A DNA stretch of 64,000 nt from a bacterium (GTDB lineage Bacteria; Auribacterota; UBA3054), in assembly GCA_017963805.1 (NCBI GenBank), contig JAGCTE010000044.1, forward strand, positions 5,921 through 69,920, given 5' to 3'. Below, one piece after another: positions 16,827-26,488 of this stretch. Within the stretch, counting starts at the first letter, position 1, and each line of letters starts with the position of its first letter. The position numbers were made by a program, and so were the translations under genes. Under the pieces are notes generated by a model that had not been told where the DNA came from, ran no database searches, and worked only from the letters and a program-made list of their open reading frames with translations.

Positions 16827-17735
16827 ATGGAACATATCCCCGTCATGCTTTCGGAAGTTTGCTCTTCGATGCGGCTTGAAAGCGGCAAAAGATGCCTTGA
16901 CATGACGGTAGGCTTGGCGGGTCACGCCGGCAGGATATTGGAAGCCATCTCCCCCAACGGTTTTCTTCTGGGACTCGATCGCGACAGCGAAACTCTGCCC
17001 AAAGCTTACGAGAAGCTGAAAACGATCGGAAGCAATTTCCGGCTGAGGCACTCTGATTACGGCAAGGTCGCCGAAGTTTGCGCCGAAATGGGCCTGACCG
17101 GTTTTGACGCGATACTCTGCGACTGCGGCATATCCTCCGCGCAGCTCGACGATCCCGAACGCGGTTTCGGATTTTTCGAGAACGCGCCGCTGGACATGCG
17201 CATGGACCGCAACGATCCCTTGACCGCGGCAGATCTTTTGAACACTCTTCCGGAGGGCGAATTGGCGGATATCTTTTTCCGTTACGGCGACGAGAGATTT
17301 TCCAGGCCGATAGCGAGGGCCGTTGTGATGAAAAGGCAGGACAAAAAGTTCTCCTTCAATTCCGAACTGGCCGCGCTGGTCTCGGGGGTCTACTACCGCA
17401 AAGGATTCCGTCATTCGAAAGTTCATCCGGCCACGAAAGTTTTCCAATCCTTGAGGATCGCCGTCAACCACGAAGCCGATTCTCTTACGGAGGGGTTGAA
17501 GGGAGCGGTCTCGCTCCTCGCCCCCGGGGGAAGACTGGTCGTCATAAGCTTTCATTCCGGAGAGGACAGGATTGTCAAAAATCTTTTCAAAGAGTTCAAG
17601 ACCGAAGGATTGGGAACGATCGTCACCAAAAAACCCCAGAAGCCGACCGAAGAGGAAGTCGCGGGGAACCCCAGGTCTAGAAGCGCCCTTTTGAGAGTCT
17701 TTGAAAGGTCAAATACAGGAGAAGAAAATGTCTAA
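16827..17735 (+). CDS. rsmH: 16S rRNA m4C1402 methyltransferase RsmH (MraW)
   Basis: HIPVMLSEV, PLDMRMD, HPATKVFQSLRIAVN, ISFHSGEDRIVK, NPRSRSALLR. Confidence 0.97.
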   Translation: MEHIPVMLSEVCSSMRLESGKRCLDMTVGLAGHAGRILEAISPNGFLLGLDRDSETLPKAYEKLKTIGSNFRLRHSDYGKVAEVCAEMGLTGFDAILCDCGISSAQLDDPERGFGFFENAPLDMRMDRNDPLTAADLLNTLPEGELADIFFRYGDERFSRPIARAVVMKRQDKKFSFNSELAALVSGVYYRKGFRHSKVHPATKVFQSLRIAVNHEADSLTEGLKGAVSLLAPGGRLVVISFHSGEDRIVKNLFKEFKTEGLGTIVTKKPQKPTEEEVAGNPRSRSALLRVFERSNTGEENV

Positions 17736-18132
17736 GGTAATCTACAACAAGCAAAAGACCGCGAGCAAAAAAAGCGACGCCGGAATGAAGGCCTGCGCAG
17801 TTTTGTGCGCCCTGGCGATCGTTTCCGTCACCTACTACGTCGGGTACGTCAACCTTGCGAAGAAGACGACGGACACCGGGCTTAGGATCGCGAAAATAGA
17901 CGGCGAGATAAGCGACCTCCGTCTCCAGAGGGATCTGACGCAGTCGGAGCTCGAGCAGGTCAAGGCTGTCAACTATATAGAGAAAAAACTGGCTGAAAAC
18001 AAGATCTATCTGCGCAAGACCAGGAAGGACCGCACGGTCATCCTCAGCAAACCCTTGGCCATCGACACCGACTACAAGGAAGAGTCGCGTTTGGCCGGCA
18101 AACCCGCGGAAGGAAACGCAGCCCTCCGCTGA
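17728..18132 (+). CDS. ftsL: FtsL-like cell division protein
   Basis: Lies between rsmH and ftsI. Basic N-terminus, one TM helix, leucine coiled coil. AGGAG RBS before ATG 17728. Confidence 0.65.
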   Translation: MSKVIYNKQKTASKKSDAGMKACAVLCALAIVSVTYYVGYVNLAKKTTDTGLRIAKIDGEISDLRLQRDLTQSELEQVKAVNYIEKKLAENKIYLRKTRKDRTVILSKPLAIDTDYKEESRLAGKPAEGNAALR

Positions 18133-18148
18133 AGGAAAAATACCGCAT

Positions 18149-19927
18149 ATGAAGCAAGGCATGCTTAAAATACATTTTACCCTCGGGGCCGTGGCCCTGT
18201 TTATCACCCTTCTTCTGGGCAGGGTGTATTTTTTGCAGTGCACCGACCAGGAAGAATACAACGAGCGCAAGCAGAACCAGCTTCGCTCCACGGTCAAAGT
18301 GGAGGCCAAGCGCGGCCAGATCTGCGACCGCCGCGGGTCCATCCTCGCCCTCTCCACCTCCTCGCCCATGCTCTGGTGCGATCCGAAGCTCGTCAAGGAC
18401 AAGGAGCAGGAAGCCCGTCTGATCTCCGAAGTGGCCGAGATAAACGAGGCCGACATCATAAGGAAGATGTCCCCCACCAACCTGCGCTACTCCGTGATAG
18501 CAAAGGGAATGATGGACACCGAAAGCCACAAGATAAGAGCATTGATCTCGCAGAAGAAGCTTCCGGGCGTCTATGTCAAATACGAAGAGAAGCGCGTCTA
18601 TCCGAAACACGAGCTGTTCGGCGTCCAGATCGGCTTCTGCGACAGCGAAGGCCGGGGGTCTTTCGGAGTTGAGAAAGGGGCCGAATATTACCTTTCCGGC
18701 ATCGACGGCTGGAACACTTTCTGGCGCGACAACCGCAGCCGCCGTTTCTTCACCACGAAGAACATGGACATGATCTTCGATCCCCTGGACGGCCAGAACA
18801 TCTATCTGACCATCGACGAGAAGCTCCAGCAGATCGCCCAGGACGAGCTGGCCAAAGCGGCCGAGGCGTTCACGCCCAAGAGAGCCGGCCTCATCATGCT
18901 TGACCCGAAGACCGGCGACATCCTCGCCATGGCAAGCTGGCCCTTCTTCGACCCGAACAACAGAAACGAATACAGAGAAGGCGTCTTCAACAATCTTCTT
19001 CTGAGCGACCCCTTCGAGCCCGGCTCCATCATGAAGCCCGTCTCAGGCTCCCTGTCCCTCAACGAGGGCATAGTCAACCTCGCCACCCCCGTGAACTGCG
19101 AAAACGGCAGCTGGGTGATCAGCAAGCACCGCACGCTCCACGACGATCACAAAATGGGGACGGTGACCTTCAAGGAAGTCATAAAATACTCCAGCAACAT
19201 CGGCGTCGCGAAAGTGTCGGAAATGCTCGGCGAAGAGAAGCTTTACGAAGGCTTGAGAGCGTTCGGCTTCGGCAGCAAGAGCAACCTTAGGATCTTGGAA
19301 GGCGAATCCAGCGGGCGCTTGCAGAACTACAAGAAGTGGAGCGGCACTTCGATCCATTCCATTCCCATGGGGCAGGAGATATCCGTCACCGCCCTGCAGA
19401 TGGCCTGCGCCTACGCCACGATCGCCAACCGCGGCACCAGGATGAAGCCGAGGCTCGTCAAAAGGCTTTCCATGGCCGACGGCTCGATCTCCCCCGAGGC
19501 CCGCGATTTCAACTACTTTGAGCCGAGCGTGGCCGCTAAAGGCGTCATCTCCGAAAAGGCCGCCCTCGACATGACCGACGCCATGGTCTCCGTGACCGAC
19601 GACGACGGCACGGGCCGCTTGGTCAAGATCCCCGGCTACAAGGTGGCCGGAAAGACGGGCACCGGCCAGAAATGGGACGCCGAGCTTAAGCAATATTCCA
19701 AAAAAGACTACATAGCGTCCTTCGCCGGCTTCCTGCCGGCCTACGATCCCAAGATCGTCTGCATCGTGGTCGTCGACTCCCCCAGGGGGAAAATCTACGG
19801 CGGCACCGTCGCGGCCCCCGTCTTCAGGGAAGCCTGCAAGCAAGCCATGGAATACCTTCAAGTGCCGGCCGATTATGAAACGGAAGAAGACAGTTTAAAA
19901 AGCGAGGCGAATTATGCTGTTGAATGA
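18149..19927 (+). CDS. ftsI: Class B penicillin-binding protein FtsI/PBP3
   Basis: RGQICDRRG, EPGSIMKP (SxxK), YSSN, GKTGTGQK. Confidence 0.95.
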   Translation: MKQGMLKIHFTLGAVALFITLLLGRVYFLQCTDQEEYNERKQNQLRSTVKVEAKRGQICDRRGSILALSTSSPMLWCDPKLVKDKEQEARLISEVAEINEADIIRKMSPTNLRYSVIAKGMMDTESHKIRALISQKKLPGVYVKYEEKRVYPKHELFGVQIGFCDSEGRGSFGVEKGAEYYLSGIDGWNTFWRDNRSRRFFTTKNMDMIFDPLDGQNIYLTIDEKLQQIAQDELAKAAEAFTPKRAGLIMLDPKTGDILAMASWPFFDPNNRNEYREGVFNNLLLSDPFEPGSIMKPVSGSLSLNEGIVNLATPVNCENGSWVISKHRTLHDDHKMGTVTFKEVIKYSSNIGVAKVSEMLGEEKLYEGLRAFGFGSKSNLRILEGESSGRLQNYKKWSGTSIHSIPMGQEISVTALQMACAYATIANRGTRMKPRLVKRLSMADGSISPEARDFNYFEPSVAAKGVISEKAALDMTDAMVSVTDDDGTGRLVKIPGYKVAGKTGTGQKWDAELKQYSKKDYIASFAGFLPAYDPKIVCIVVVDSPRGKIYGGTVAAPVFREACKQAMEYLQVPADYETEEDSLKSEANYAVE

Positions 19928-21383
19928 ATTGTTGAGCAATATCCCGCACGAGATCGTCAAGGGGAACGACAAGGCCGAAATTTCCGGCATTTCCCTTAAC
20001 AGCCGCCAGATCAAGCCCGGCTTCGTTTTCGTGGCCAAGAAAGGCGCGGTCGCCGACGGCAGCTTCTACATCGAGGACGCGGCGGAACGCGGCGCGGCGG
20101 CGGTCTTCGTGACGGAAGTCCCGAAACTGATACCGGAGAACCTGACGGTCGTCAAGCTCTCCCAGGACGAAGACACCCTCTCGCTTCTGGCCCACCGTTT
20201 CTACGGGCAGCCGAAGTGCAGACTGATAGGCGTCACCGGCACCAACGGCAAGACGACCTCGGCGTATGTCATCCGCAATTTCCTCTCCACCGCGGGATTG
20301 ACAGTCGGCCTTATAGGAACCATCTCCTACGAGATAAAGGACCGCAAGAAACCCGCCTCCCGCACCACGCCCGACGTCTTCGAACTCTACGCGCTTCTTT
20401 CGACCATGGACAAGGAGGGCGCCGACGCCGTCGTCATGGAAGTCTCCAGCCACGCCGCCGTGCAGAAGCGCATCGGGAACCTGCTCTTCGATTATCTGAT
20501 CTTCACGAACCTCACCCAGGATCACCTGGACTACCATCACTCCATGGAGGAGTACTACGGCGCCAAACGCCGCTTCTTCGACCACGCTAAGGAGGATTCC
20601 CTGAGCCTCGTCATGATCGACGACGAATGGGGCGAAAGGCTAGCGAAGGAATTAAGGGAAGTCGGGCAGAAAGTCGTGACGATGACGACGACCGGCAAGG
20701 ACGCCGACGTCAAGGCCGAGAACATCAAAGTCAGGCGCGACGGCTCGGAATTCACCCTCCTGGAAAAAGGACAGGATAAGAAGGAAGTCAAGATAAACTT
20801 CCTCGGCCGCCACAACGTGGCCAACGTCATGGGCGCCGTGATCCTCGCCTCCAATTTCGGCATCCCGGAAGAGAAGATCCTCTCCCTCTGCCCGAATCTT
20901 CCGCCCGTGCCGGGAAGATTGGAATTCATGCCGAACAAGCTGGGCGTCGTGATAGTCATCGACTACGCCCACACCGACGACGCCATGCGCAACGTCTTGA
21001 AATGCCTGAGGGAGATCACCGAAAACTCGCTCTGGATCGTCTTCGGCTGCGGCGGCGACCGCGACAAGACAAAGCGCCCGAAAATGGGCCGCGCCGCCGA
21101 GGAGATGGCCGACAAAGTCGTCATAACGACCGACAACCCCAGGACGGAAGATCCCGAGGCGATAGTCAAAGACATCACGGACGGCATGAAGCTCAAGAAG
21201 CACGTCGTCATTTTGGACCGCAAGGAAGCGATAGAGCACGCAGTTAAAGAAGCCAAGGAAGGCGACGTCGTTCTGATCGCCGGCAAAGGTCACGAGACCT
21301 ACCAGGAAATAAACCGCGTCTTCTACGACTGCGACGAACGTATGATAACCAAAGAAATAATCTCGAAGATAGAAAATGCTTAA
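19914..21383 (+). CDS. murE: UDP-MurNAc-tripeptide synthetase MurE (meso-DAP type)
   Basis: GVTGTNGKTT, MEVSSH, NLTQDHLDYH, DYAHT, DNPR, AGKGHE. Confidence 0.97.
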   Translation: MLLNELLSNIPHEIVKGNDKAEISGISLNSRQIKPGFVFVAKKGAVADGSFYIEDAAERGAAAVFVTEVPKLIPENLTVVKLSQDEDTLSLLAHRFYGQPKCRLIGVTGTNGKTTSAYVIRNFLSTAGLTVGLIGTISYEIKDRKKPASRTTPDVFELYALLSTMDKEGADAVVMEVSSHAAVQKRIGNLLFDYLIFTNLTQDHLDYHHSMEEYYGAKRRFFDHAKEDSLSLVMIDDEWGERLAKELREVGQKVVTMTTTGKDADVKAENIKVRRDGSEFTLLEKGQDKKEVKINFLGRHNVANVMGAVILASNFGIPEEKILSLCPNLPPVPGRLEFMPNKLGVVIVIDYAHTDDAMRNVLKCLREITENSLWIVFGCGGDRDKTKRPKMGRAAEEMADKVVITTDNPRTEDPEAIVKDITDGMKLKKHVVILDRKEAIEHAVKEAKEGDVVLIAGKGHETYQEINRVFYDCDERMITKEIISKIENA

Positions 21384-22746
21384 GTTCACTCATGAAGACA
21401 TCAGATCAGCCTTGGGCGAAGCCTTCTCGTTCACCGGGAAGGCCCCGGAAGGCTCTTTTTCGATCTCGACCGACACCAGGAAGCTGGAGCCGGGAGACCT
21501 CTTCGTAGGCATAAGGGGCGGCAACAGCGAAGAAGTTGCTCAGAAAGCCAAGGAAGCGAAAGCCTCCGCCTGCATCCTGAGCTGCGAGGCCCCGGAAGGG
21601 CTCCCCTGCTACCGCGTCGTCGACACCGTAAAAGCCCTGCAGGACCTCGCCGCCTACCAGAGAGCAAGGGTGAAGATCCCCATGATCGGCGTCACAGGCT
21701 CCTGCGGCAAGACCACCACCAAGAACATGCTCGGATCGATCCTGAAGACGCTGGGCGAAACGCTCGTGACGGAAGGAAACCTCAACAACGAGATAGGGCT
21801 TCCCATAACGCTTCTCAAGCTCGGCAAAGAGCACAAAAGCGCCGTGGTCGAGATGGGCATGAACCACAAGGGCGAGATACTGTCTTTGAGCCGCCTGGCG
21901 CGCCCCGACGCGGCCGTCATCACGAACATAGGCAGCGCCCACATCGAGTATCTCGGCAGCAGGGAAAACATCGCCCTGGCCAAAGCCGAGATCTTCCGCG
22001 GCGTCCCGCCCTGCTCAAAAGTCGCCCTTCCCATGGAGAGCGACTTCTTCGAAAAACTGTCGGAAACAGCCAGGCAGCAGGATCTCGCCGTCGTAAGTTT
22101 CGGCAAAGGCGGAGATTTTGAATTCGTGATAAAGGAAGAGACCCCCTCCGGACTGAAAGGCGAATTGAAGACGCCCATTGGCAGCGTCGAGATGACCGTC
22201 CCGGTCATCGGCGCCTACAACGCCCTCAACATAGCCTGCGCGGCGGCCGGCGCCTACGCGCTGATGGGAGATATCAGGCTGGAAAACATCAAAGCCGGGC
22301 TGGAAAACGTCAAGGGCGAAAAGCTCAGGAACGAACTGCACGAACACAAGGGCGCGCGCTTCATCCTGGACTGCTACAACGCCAATCCCGACTCCATGGC
22401 CGCCTCCCTTTCGATGCTGAAAGAAATGGACGTGAAAGGCCGCAAGGCCGCCCTTCTCGGCGACATGCTGGAAATTGGCGACAAAGCCAAGGGCGCCCAC
22501 TACGAGATCGGCAAATTCGCCGCCCAGTTCCTGGACGCTCTCTTCGTCACCGGAAGTTACGCAGAGGATTACGCGAAGGGCGCGAAGGAATCAGGCGGCA
22601 AATGCCGCGTGGCGATCTGCGAACCCAAGGATGTCCTCGAGGCCCTGAAGGCTTACGTCAAGGCCGACGACGCCGTTCTTTTCAAGGGCTCGCGCGCCAA
22701 CAAGCTGGAAGAATACTTTTACGAAATGTTCAAAAACAACCAATGA
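21376..22746 (+). CDS. murF: UDP-MurNAc-pentapeptide synthetase MurF
   Basis: GVTGSCGKTTTK, NLNNEIGLP, EMGMNHKGEI, DCYNANPDSM, GDMLEIG, KGSR. Confidence 0.97.
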   Translation: MLKFTHEDIRSALGEAFSFTGKAPEGSFSISTDTRKLEPGDLFVGIRGGNSEEVAQKAKEAKASACILSCEAPEGLPCYRVVDTVKALQDLAAYQRARVKIPMIGVTGSCGKTTTKNMLGSILKTLGETLVTEGNLNNEIGLPITLLKLGKEHKSAVVEMGMNHKGEILSLSRLARPDAAVITNIGSAHIEYLGSRENIALAKAEIFRGVPPCSKVALPMESDFFEKLSETARQQDLAVVSFGKGGDFEFVIKEETPSGLKGELKTPIGSVEMTVPVIGAYNALNIACAAAGAYALMGDIRLENIKAGLENVKGEKLRNELHEHKGARFILDCYNANPDSMAASLSMLKEMDVKGRKAALLGDMLEIGDKAKGAHYEIGKFAAQFLDALFVTGSYAEDYAKGAKESGGKCRVAICEPKDVLEALKAYVKADDAVLFKGSRANKLEEYFYEMFKNNQ

Positions 22747-22931
22747 AAAACAACAAAAATCAAAACAGGAACGGAATGTGTGCGGTGATTGGCGAACTGC
22801 TTCTCCCTTCCCCCTACACGAACACACACACCAAAAAGGGCAGCGTCTCTACATCCGCATTCCGGTTGCGGTCCGGGGATATTTTGTCTTCGGGCCGCAA
22901 CATCCTGTCAATAAGCGAGGTCAAAGGATAA
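22743..22931 (+). CDS. Putative 62-aa ORF and/or structured RNA between murF and mraY
   Basis: ATG overlaps the murF stop (ATGA) and the stop ends 1 nt before the mraY ATG. MKNNKNQNRNGMCAVIGELLLP...SEVKG. No family recognised. Confidence 0.4.
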   Translation: MKNNKNQNRNGMCAVIGELLLPSPYTNTHTKKGSVSTSAFRLRSGDILSSGRNILSISEVKG

Positions 22932-22932
22932 T

Positions 22933-24024
22933 ATGTTCTACTACGTTTTCTTCGGATGGCTTAGCGAAAGCGTTCCCGCTTTCCATGTCTTCAAGTATAT
23001 CTCGGTTAGATCCGCCATGGCGGCGGTGACCGCCCTTGTCATAAGCCTGATCCTGGCGCCCTCGCTCATCCGCTGGCTGTATATGATGAAGATCGGCCAG
23101 GAGATCAGGCGCGACGAATGCCCGCCTCTGCACCTTCTGCACAAGAACAAGCAGGGCGTCCCCACCATGGGCGGCATACTGATCCTGCTTGCCGTCACCG
23201 TCTCCACGCTTCTCTGGGCGCAGTTCTCCCTCTACACGATGCTCGCCCTGGGAGTCTTCGTGTCACTGGGCCTTCTGGGCTTCGCCGACGACTACACCAA
23301 AGTGAAGCAGAAGAACGCCGCCGGCATCTCCGGCAAGACGAAACTTGTCGTGCAGTCGCTGGTGGCTTTGGCGGCCGCCCTCGTCCTCATCTTCTACGGC
23401 AAGGAGAGCTTCCCCTTCTACGTGCCGTTCTTCAAGAACCCTGTCATCGAGAATCTCGGCTACTATTACATAATCCTCGCCATGCTGGTCATAGTCGGCA
23501 CTTCCAACGCCGTCAACCTGACGGACGGACTTGACGGGCTGGCCATCGGCACGGTCACGATTGCGGCCCTGGCCTACCTTGTCCTGGCCTACTGCGCCGG
23601 CAACGTGAAGATCGCCGAGTACCTCTACATCTATTACGCCAGGGACGCCGCCGAGCTGACGGTCTTTTTGTCCGCCATGGTCGGCGCCGGGCTCGGCTTT
23701 TTGTGGTACAACGCGCACCCGGCCATGGTCTTCATGGGAGACACCGGCAGCCTAGCCTTGGGCGGCGCCATCGGCATCACGGCGCTTTTGGTCAGGAAAG
23801 AAGTGCTGCTTCTCATCATAGGTTTCATCTTCGTCATGGAAGCCTGCTCGGACATCATCCAGGTCGCCTCTTTCAAGCTGACGCAGAAAAGAGTCTTCCG
23901 TATGGCTCCCATTCACCATCATTTCGAAATGCAGGGCTGGCCCGAGACCAGGGTCACCATGCGTTTCTTCATCCTGGCCCTCATCTTCGCGATCCTGGGC
24001 TTGGCGACACTGAAACTGCAATAA
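22933..24024 (+). CDS. mraY: Phospho-MurNAc-pentapeptide transferase MraY
   Basis: PTMGG, GFADDYTK, SNAVNLTDGLDGLA, VFMGDTGSLALG, MAPIHHHFE. Confidence 0.98.
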   Translation: MFYYVFFGWLSESVPAFHVFKYISVRSAMAAVTALVISLILAPSLIRWLYMMKIGQEIRRDECPPLHLLHKNKQGVPTMGGILILLAVTVSTLLWAQFSLYTMLALGVFVSLGLLGFADDYTKVKQKNAAGISGKTKLVVQSLVALAAALVLIFYGKESFPFYVPFFKNPVIENLGYYYIILAMLVIVGTSNAVNLTDGLDGLAIGTVTIAALAYLVLAYCAGNVKIAEYLYIYYARDAAELTVFLSAMVGAGLGFLWYNAHPAMVFMGDTGSLALGGAIGITALLVRKEVLLLIIGFIFVMEACSDIIQVASFKLTQKRVFRMAPIHHHFEMQGWPETRVTMRFFILALIFAILGLATLKLQ

Positions 24025-24037
24025 GGTATAGGTATCC

Positions 24038-25426
24038 ATGCGCATCGCAATAATGGGATTGGCAAAGAGCGGCATGTCCGCCGCCAAACTGGCCCTGGAC
24101 CTGGGCTACGAAGTGAGCGTCAGCGACGCCTGCTTCGATCACGGCCGCGAAACTACGCCGAGCAGGGAAATGCTCGAAAGAGCCGCGGAGCTGAGGAAAA
24201 GGGGCGCCTATGTCGAGATAGGCCGCCATTCGAAGGCTTTCATCGAAGGAGCGGATCTCCTTGTCCTCTCCCCGGGTGTGAAATCTGACAACGAGGCGGT
24301 CGTCTGGGCCGAGGAAATGGGCGTCGAAGCGGTCGGCGAAGTGGAGTTCGCCATAAGGCACTGCAAGGGCAAAGTGGTGGCGATAACCGGCACGAACGGC
24401 AAGACGACGACCACGTCTTTGATCTCCCACATACTCAACGAGGCTAAAGTCCCGCATTTCACGGCCGGCAACATCGGCATCCCTCTGAGCGAATACGCTC
24501 TGCAGACGACCGACGAGCATGTGCTGGTCATAGAGATGAGCTCCTTCCAGCTTGAGACCATCCGGGAATTCTCCCCCTACATATCCGTCTGGCTGAACCT
24601 CACTCCGGACCACCTTGACCGCTACGAAAGCATAGAGGCCTACCGCTCCGCCAAGGAGAACATCTTCCGCCGCCAGAAGCCCGGCACCACCGCGATCATC
24701 TGGCACGCCGAGAAAAAGAACGAAGAGAATCTGGTCTCGGCCTTCAAGCTAAAACCCGTCTTCGTGGACGAGACCGGATCCGACGAGGAGCTCCTCGGCT
24801 TGAACAGGGCCTCCCTGGAAGACGGCCGCTTCACGCTTCACATGGACGGAAAGACGACCTTCTGCGGCGAGCCGGACGGCATGAAGCTGAAAGGGCGCCA
24901 CAACCACATCAACCTGCTCTGCGCCATGGCGGCCTGCAAGCAGCTCGGCGTCGACGAGGAAACGATTAGGAAAGCCTGCGAGAGCTTCACGGGACTGAGC
25001 CACCGCATCGAGACGGTCGCCAAAAAGGACGGCGTTGTCTTCGTGGACGACTCCAAGGGCACGAACCCCGAGGCGACGGTCGAGGCGGTCATGGCTTTCC
25101 ACTACCCGCAGGCCCTCATTCTCGGCGGCTTCGACAAAGGCAGCGATTACGCCATGCTCATTCCTTACATGAAGGGAAGAGTGGCGCACGTTCTGCTTAT
25201 AGGAGCGACAACGGAAAAATTCAAAGTGATCTTCGGCGGAGACTTTCAATGCACGGAAGTCCGCAGCATGAAGGAAGCGGTCGCCAAAGGTTTTGAACTG
25301 CTGCAAGGCGAAGGAGTGGTGCTCCTCTCCCCCGCCTGCGCGTCCTTTGACATGTATAAAAGTTTCGAGGCCAGGGGCGACGATTTCGCCGACTGCGCAC
25401 GCAAATTCTCCCTTAACGAAAATTAA
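24038..25426 (+). CDS. murD: UDP-MurNAc-L-Ala-D-Glu ligase MurD
   Basis: GLAKSG, ITGTNGKTTT, EMSSFQL, NLTPDHLDRY, DDSKGTN, LSPACASFD. Confidence 0.97.
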   Translation: MRIAIMGLAKSGMSAAKLALDLGYEVSVSDACFDHGRETTPSREMLERAAELRKRGAYVEIGRHSKAFIEGADLLVLSPGVKSDNEAVVWAEEMGVEAVGEVEFAIRHCKGKVVAITGTNGKTTTTSLISHILNEAKVPHFTAGNIGIPLSEYALQTTDEHVLVIEMSSFQLETIREFSPYISVWLNLTPDHLDRYESIEAYRSAKENIFRRQKPGTTAIIWHAEKKNEENLVSAFKLKPVFVDETGSDEELLGLNRASLEDGRFTLHMDGKTTFCGEPDGMKLKGRHNHINLLCAMAACKQLGVDEETIRKACESFTGLSHRIETVAKKDGVVFVDDSKGTNPEATVEAVMAFHYPQALILGGFDKGSDYAMLIPYMKGRVAHVLLIGATTEKFKVIFGGDFQCTEVRSMKEAVAKGFELLQGEGVVLLSPACASFDMYKSFEARGDDFADCARKFSLNEN

Positions 25427-25450
25427 CCAACCTTGAAAGAGAGGAACCAT

Positions 25451-26473
25451 ATGAACAAATCATTCTTAATCTTCCTGTTCACGGTAAGCCTTGTGGGCAT
25501 CTTCTTCTTTGGCTGCGCCAAGGAGACCCCCCGCACGGACGTCACCCTTGAACTGACCTCACCGGACACCATCGAAGCGCTGGTCGAAAAGGACCTCAAC
25601 ACCATCGGCACTTCGTACCAGGACATCGACAGCTTCCCCGAATCGACGCCCGCCCAGGTAACGTATGTCGATTCCGTGGAAATGCAAAAGCCCCTGAGAG
25701 TCCAGAACGACGACTCGCTCTACAAAGGGGAAGAGAGCATCGACGACTCCGTCATCACCACAAGCAACGTCTCGCTCTGGGGCCCCGACACCGACAAGAC
25801 GCTCGAGCCGCTCAGCCCCCGCGAGACCGTCTCCGTCGTTCCTCCCCCCTCCGGTGACGTGACGCTTCTCGGGGAAGCCGGCTCCTCGACCCAGCTCTCC
25901 CCCGTCGGCACCGAGGCCGTCTCTACGCCCCAGTCTTCGTCCTTCCTGCAGCCCAAGCCCGCCACGGAAACTTCCGTTGTGACCGCTCCCAACTCCGGCT
26001 ACGTCTATCAGGGCAACCAGAGCTCCTCCGGCGGCTACGTTGGCCAAACGGCTGTCACCTCCGGCAACGCCTACACCGTCCAGGCAGGCGACAACCTTAT
26101 CAAGATCGCCCGCAAATTCGGCGTCAAGGTCAACGATCTCTGCGAAGTCAACGGCATTTCCCGCAGCCAGATCCTGAAAGTCGGCCAGGTCCTCCAGATC
26201 CCCGGCGAAAAGAGCGCCTCAGCCCCGGCCGAGACCGTTCAGCCGAAAGAAGTGAACGCCTCCATCTCCTCTGTCGTCCAGCCCGCCAGCACGCAGACCA
26301 CGACCACTGCCGCTCCCGCTTCCGGAACGCAGAATTACACCGTCCAGGCCGGCGACAGCTACTGGAAACTCGCCAGGCGCTTCAACTCCTCCGTCGAGGA
26401 GCTGATGAGCATGAACGGCACCAGCAGCGACAAGCTTAAGATCGGACAGGTCATCGTAGTTCCCAACCGTTGA
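25451..26473 (+). CDS. Lipoprotein with two LysM peptidoglycan-binding domains and a Ser/Thr/Pro-rich linker
   Basis: GAGG RBS then MNKSFL...FFGC lipobox. YTVQAGDNLIKIARKFGV and YTVQAGDSYWKLARRFN LysM repeats. Confidence 0.88.
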   Translation: MNKSFLIFLFTVSLVGIFFFGCAKETPRTDVTLELTSPDTIEALVEKDLNTIGTSYQDIDSFPESTPAQVTYVDSVEMQKPLRVQNDDSLYKGEESIDDSVITTSNVSLWGPDTDKTLEPLSPRETVSVVPPPSGDVTLLGEAGSSTQLSPVGTEAVSTPQSSSFLQPKPATETSVVTAPNSGYVYQGNQSSSGGYVGQTAVTSGNAYTVQAGDNLIKIARKFGVKVNDLCEVNGISRSQILKVGQVLQIPGEKSASAPAETVQPKEVNASISSVVQPASTQTTTTAAPASGTQNYTVQAGDSYWKLARRFNSSVEELMSMNGTSSDKLKIGQVIVVPNR

Positions 26474-26488
26474 TCATTGACCGCGTAA

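Noticed and set aside
16308-17555. 415-aa minus-strand ORF over mraZ/rsmH
   Set aside because: Antisense to two clearly conserved genes; no recognisable domain.
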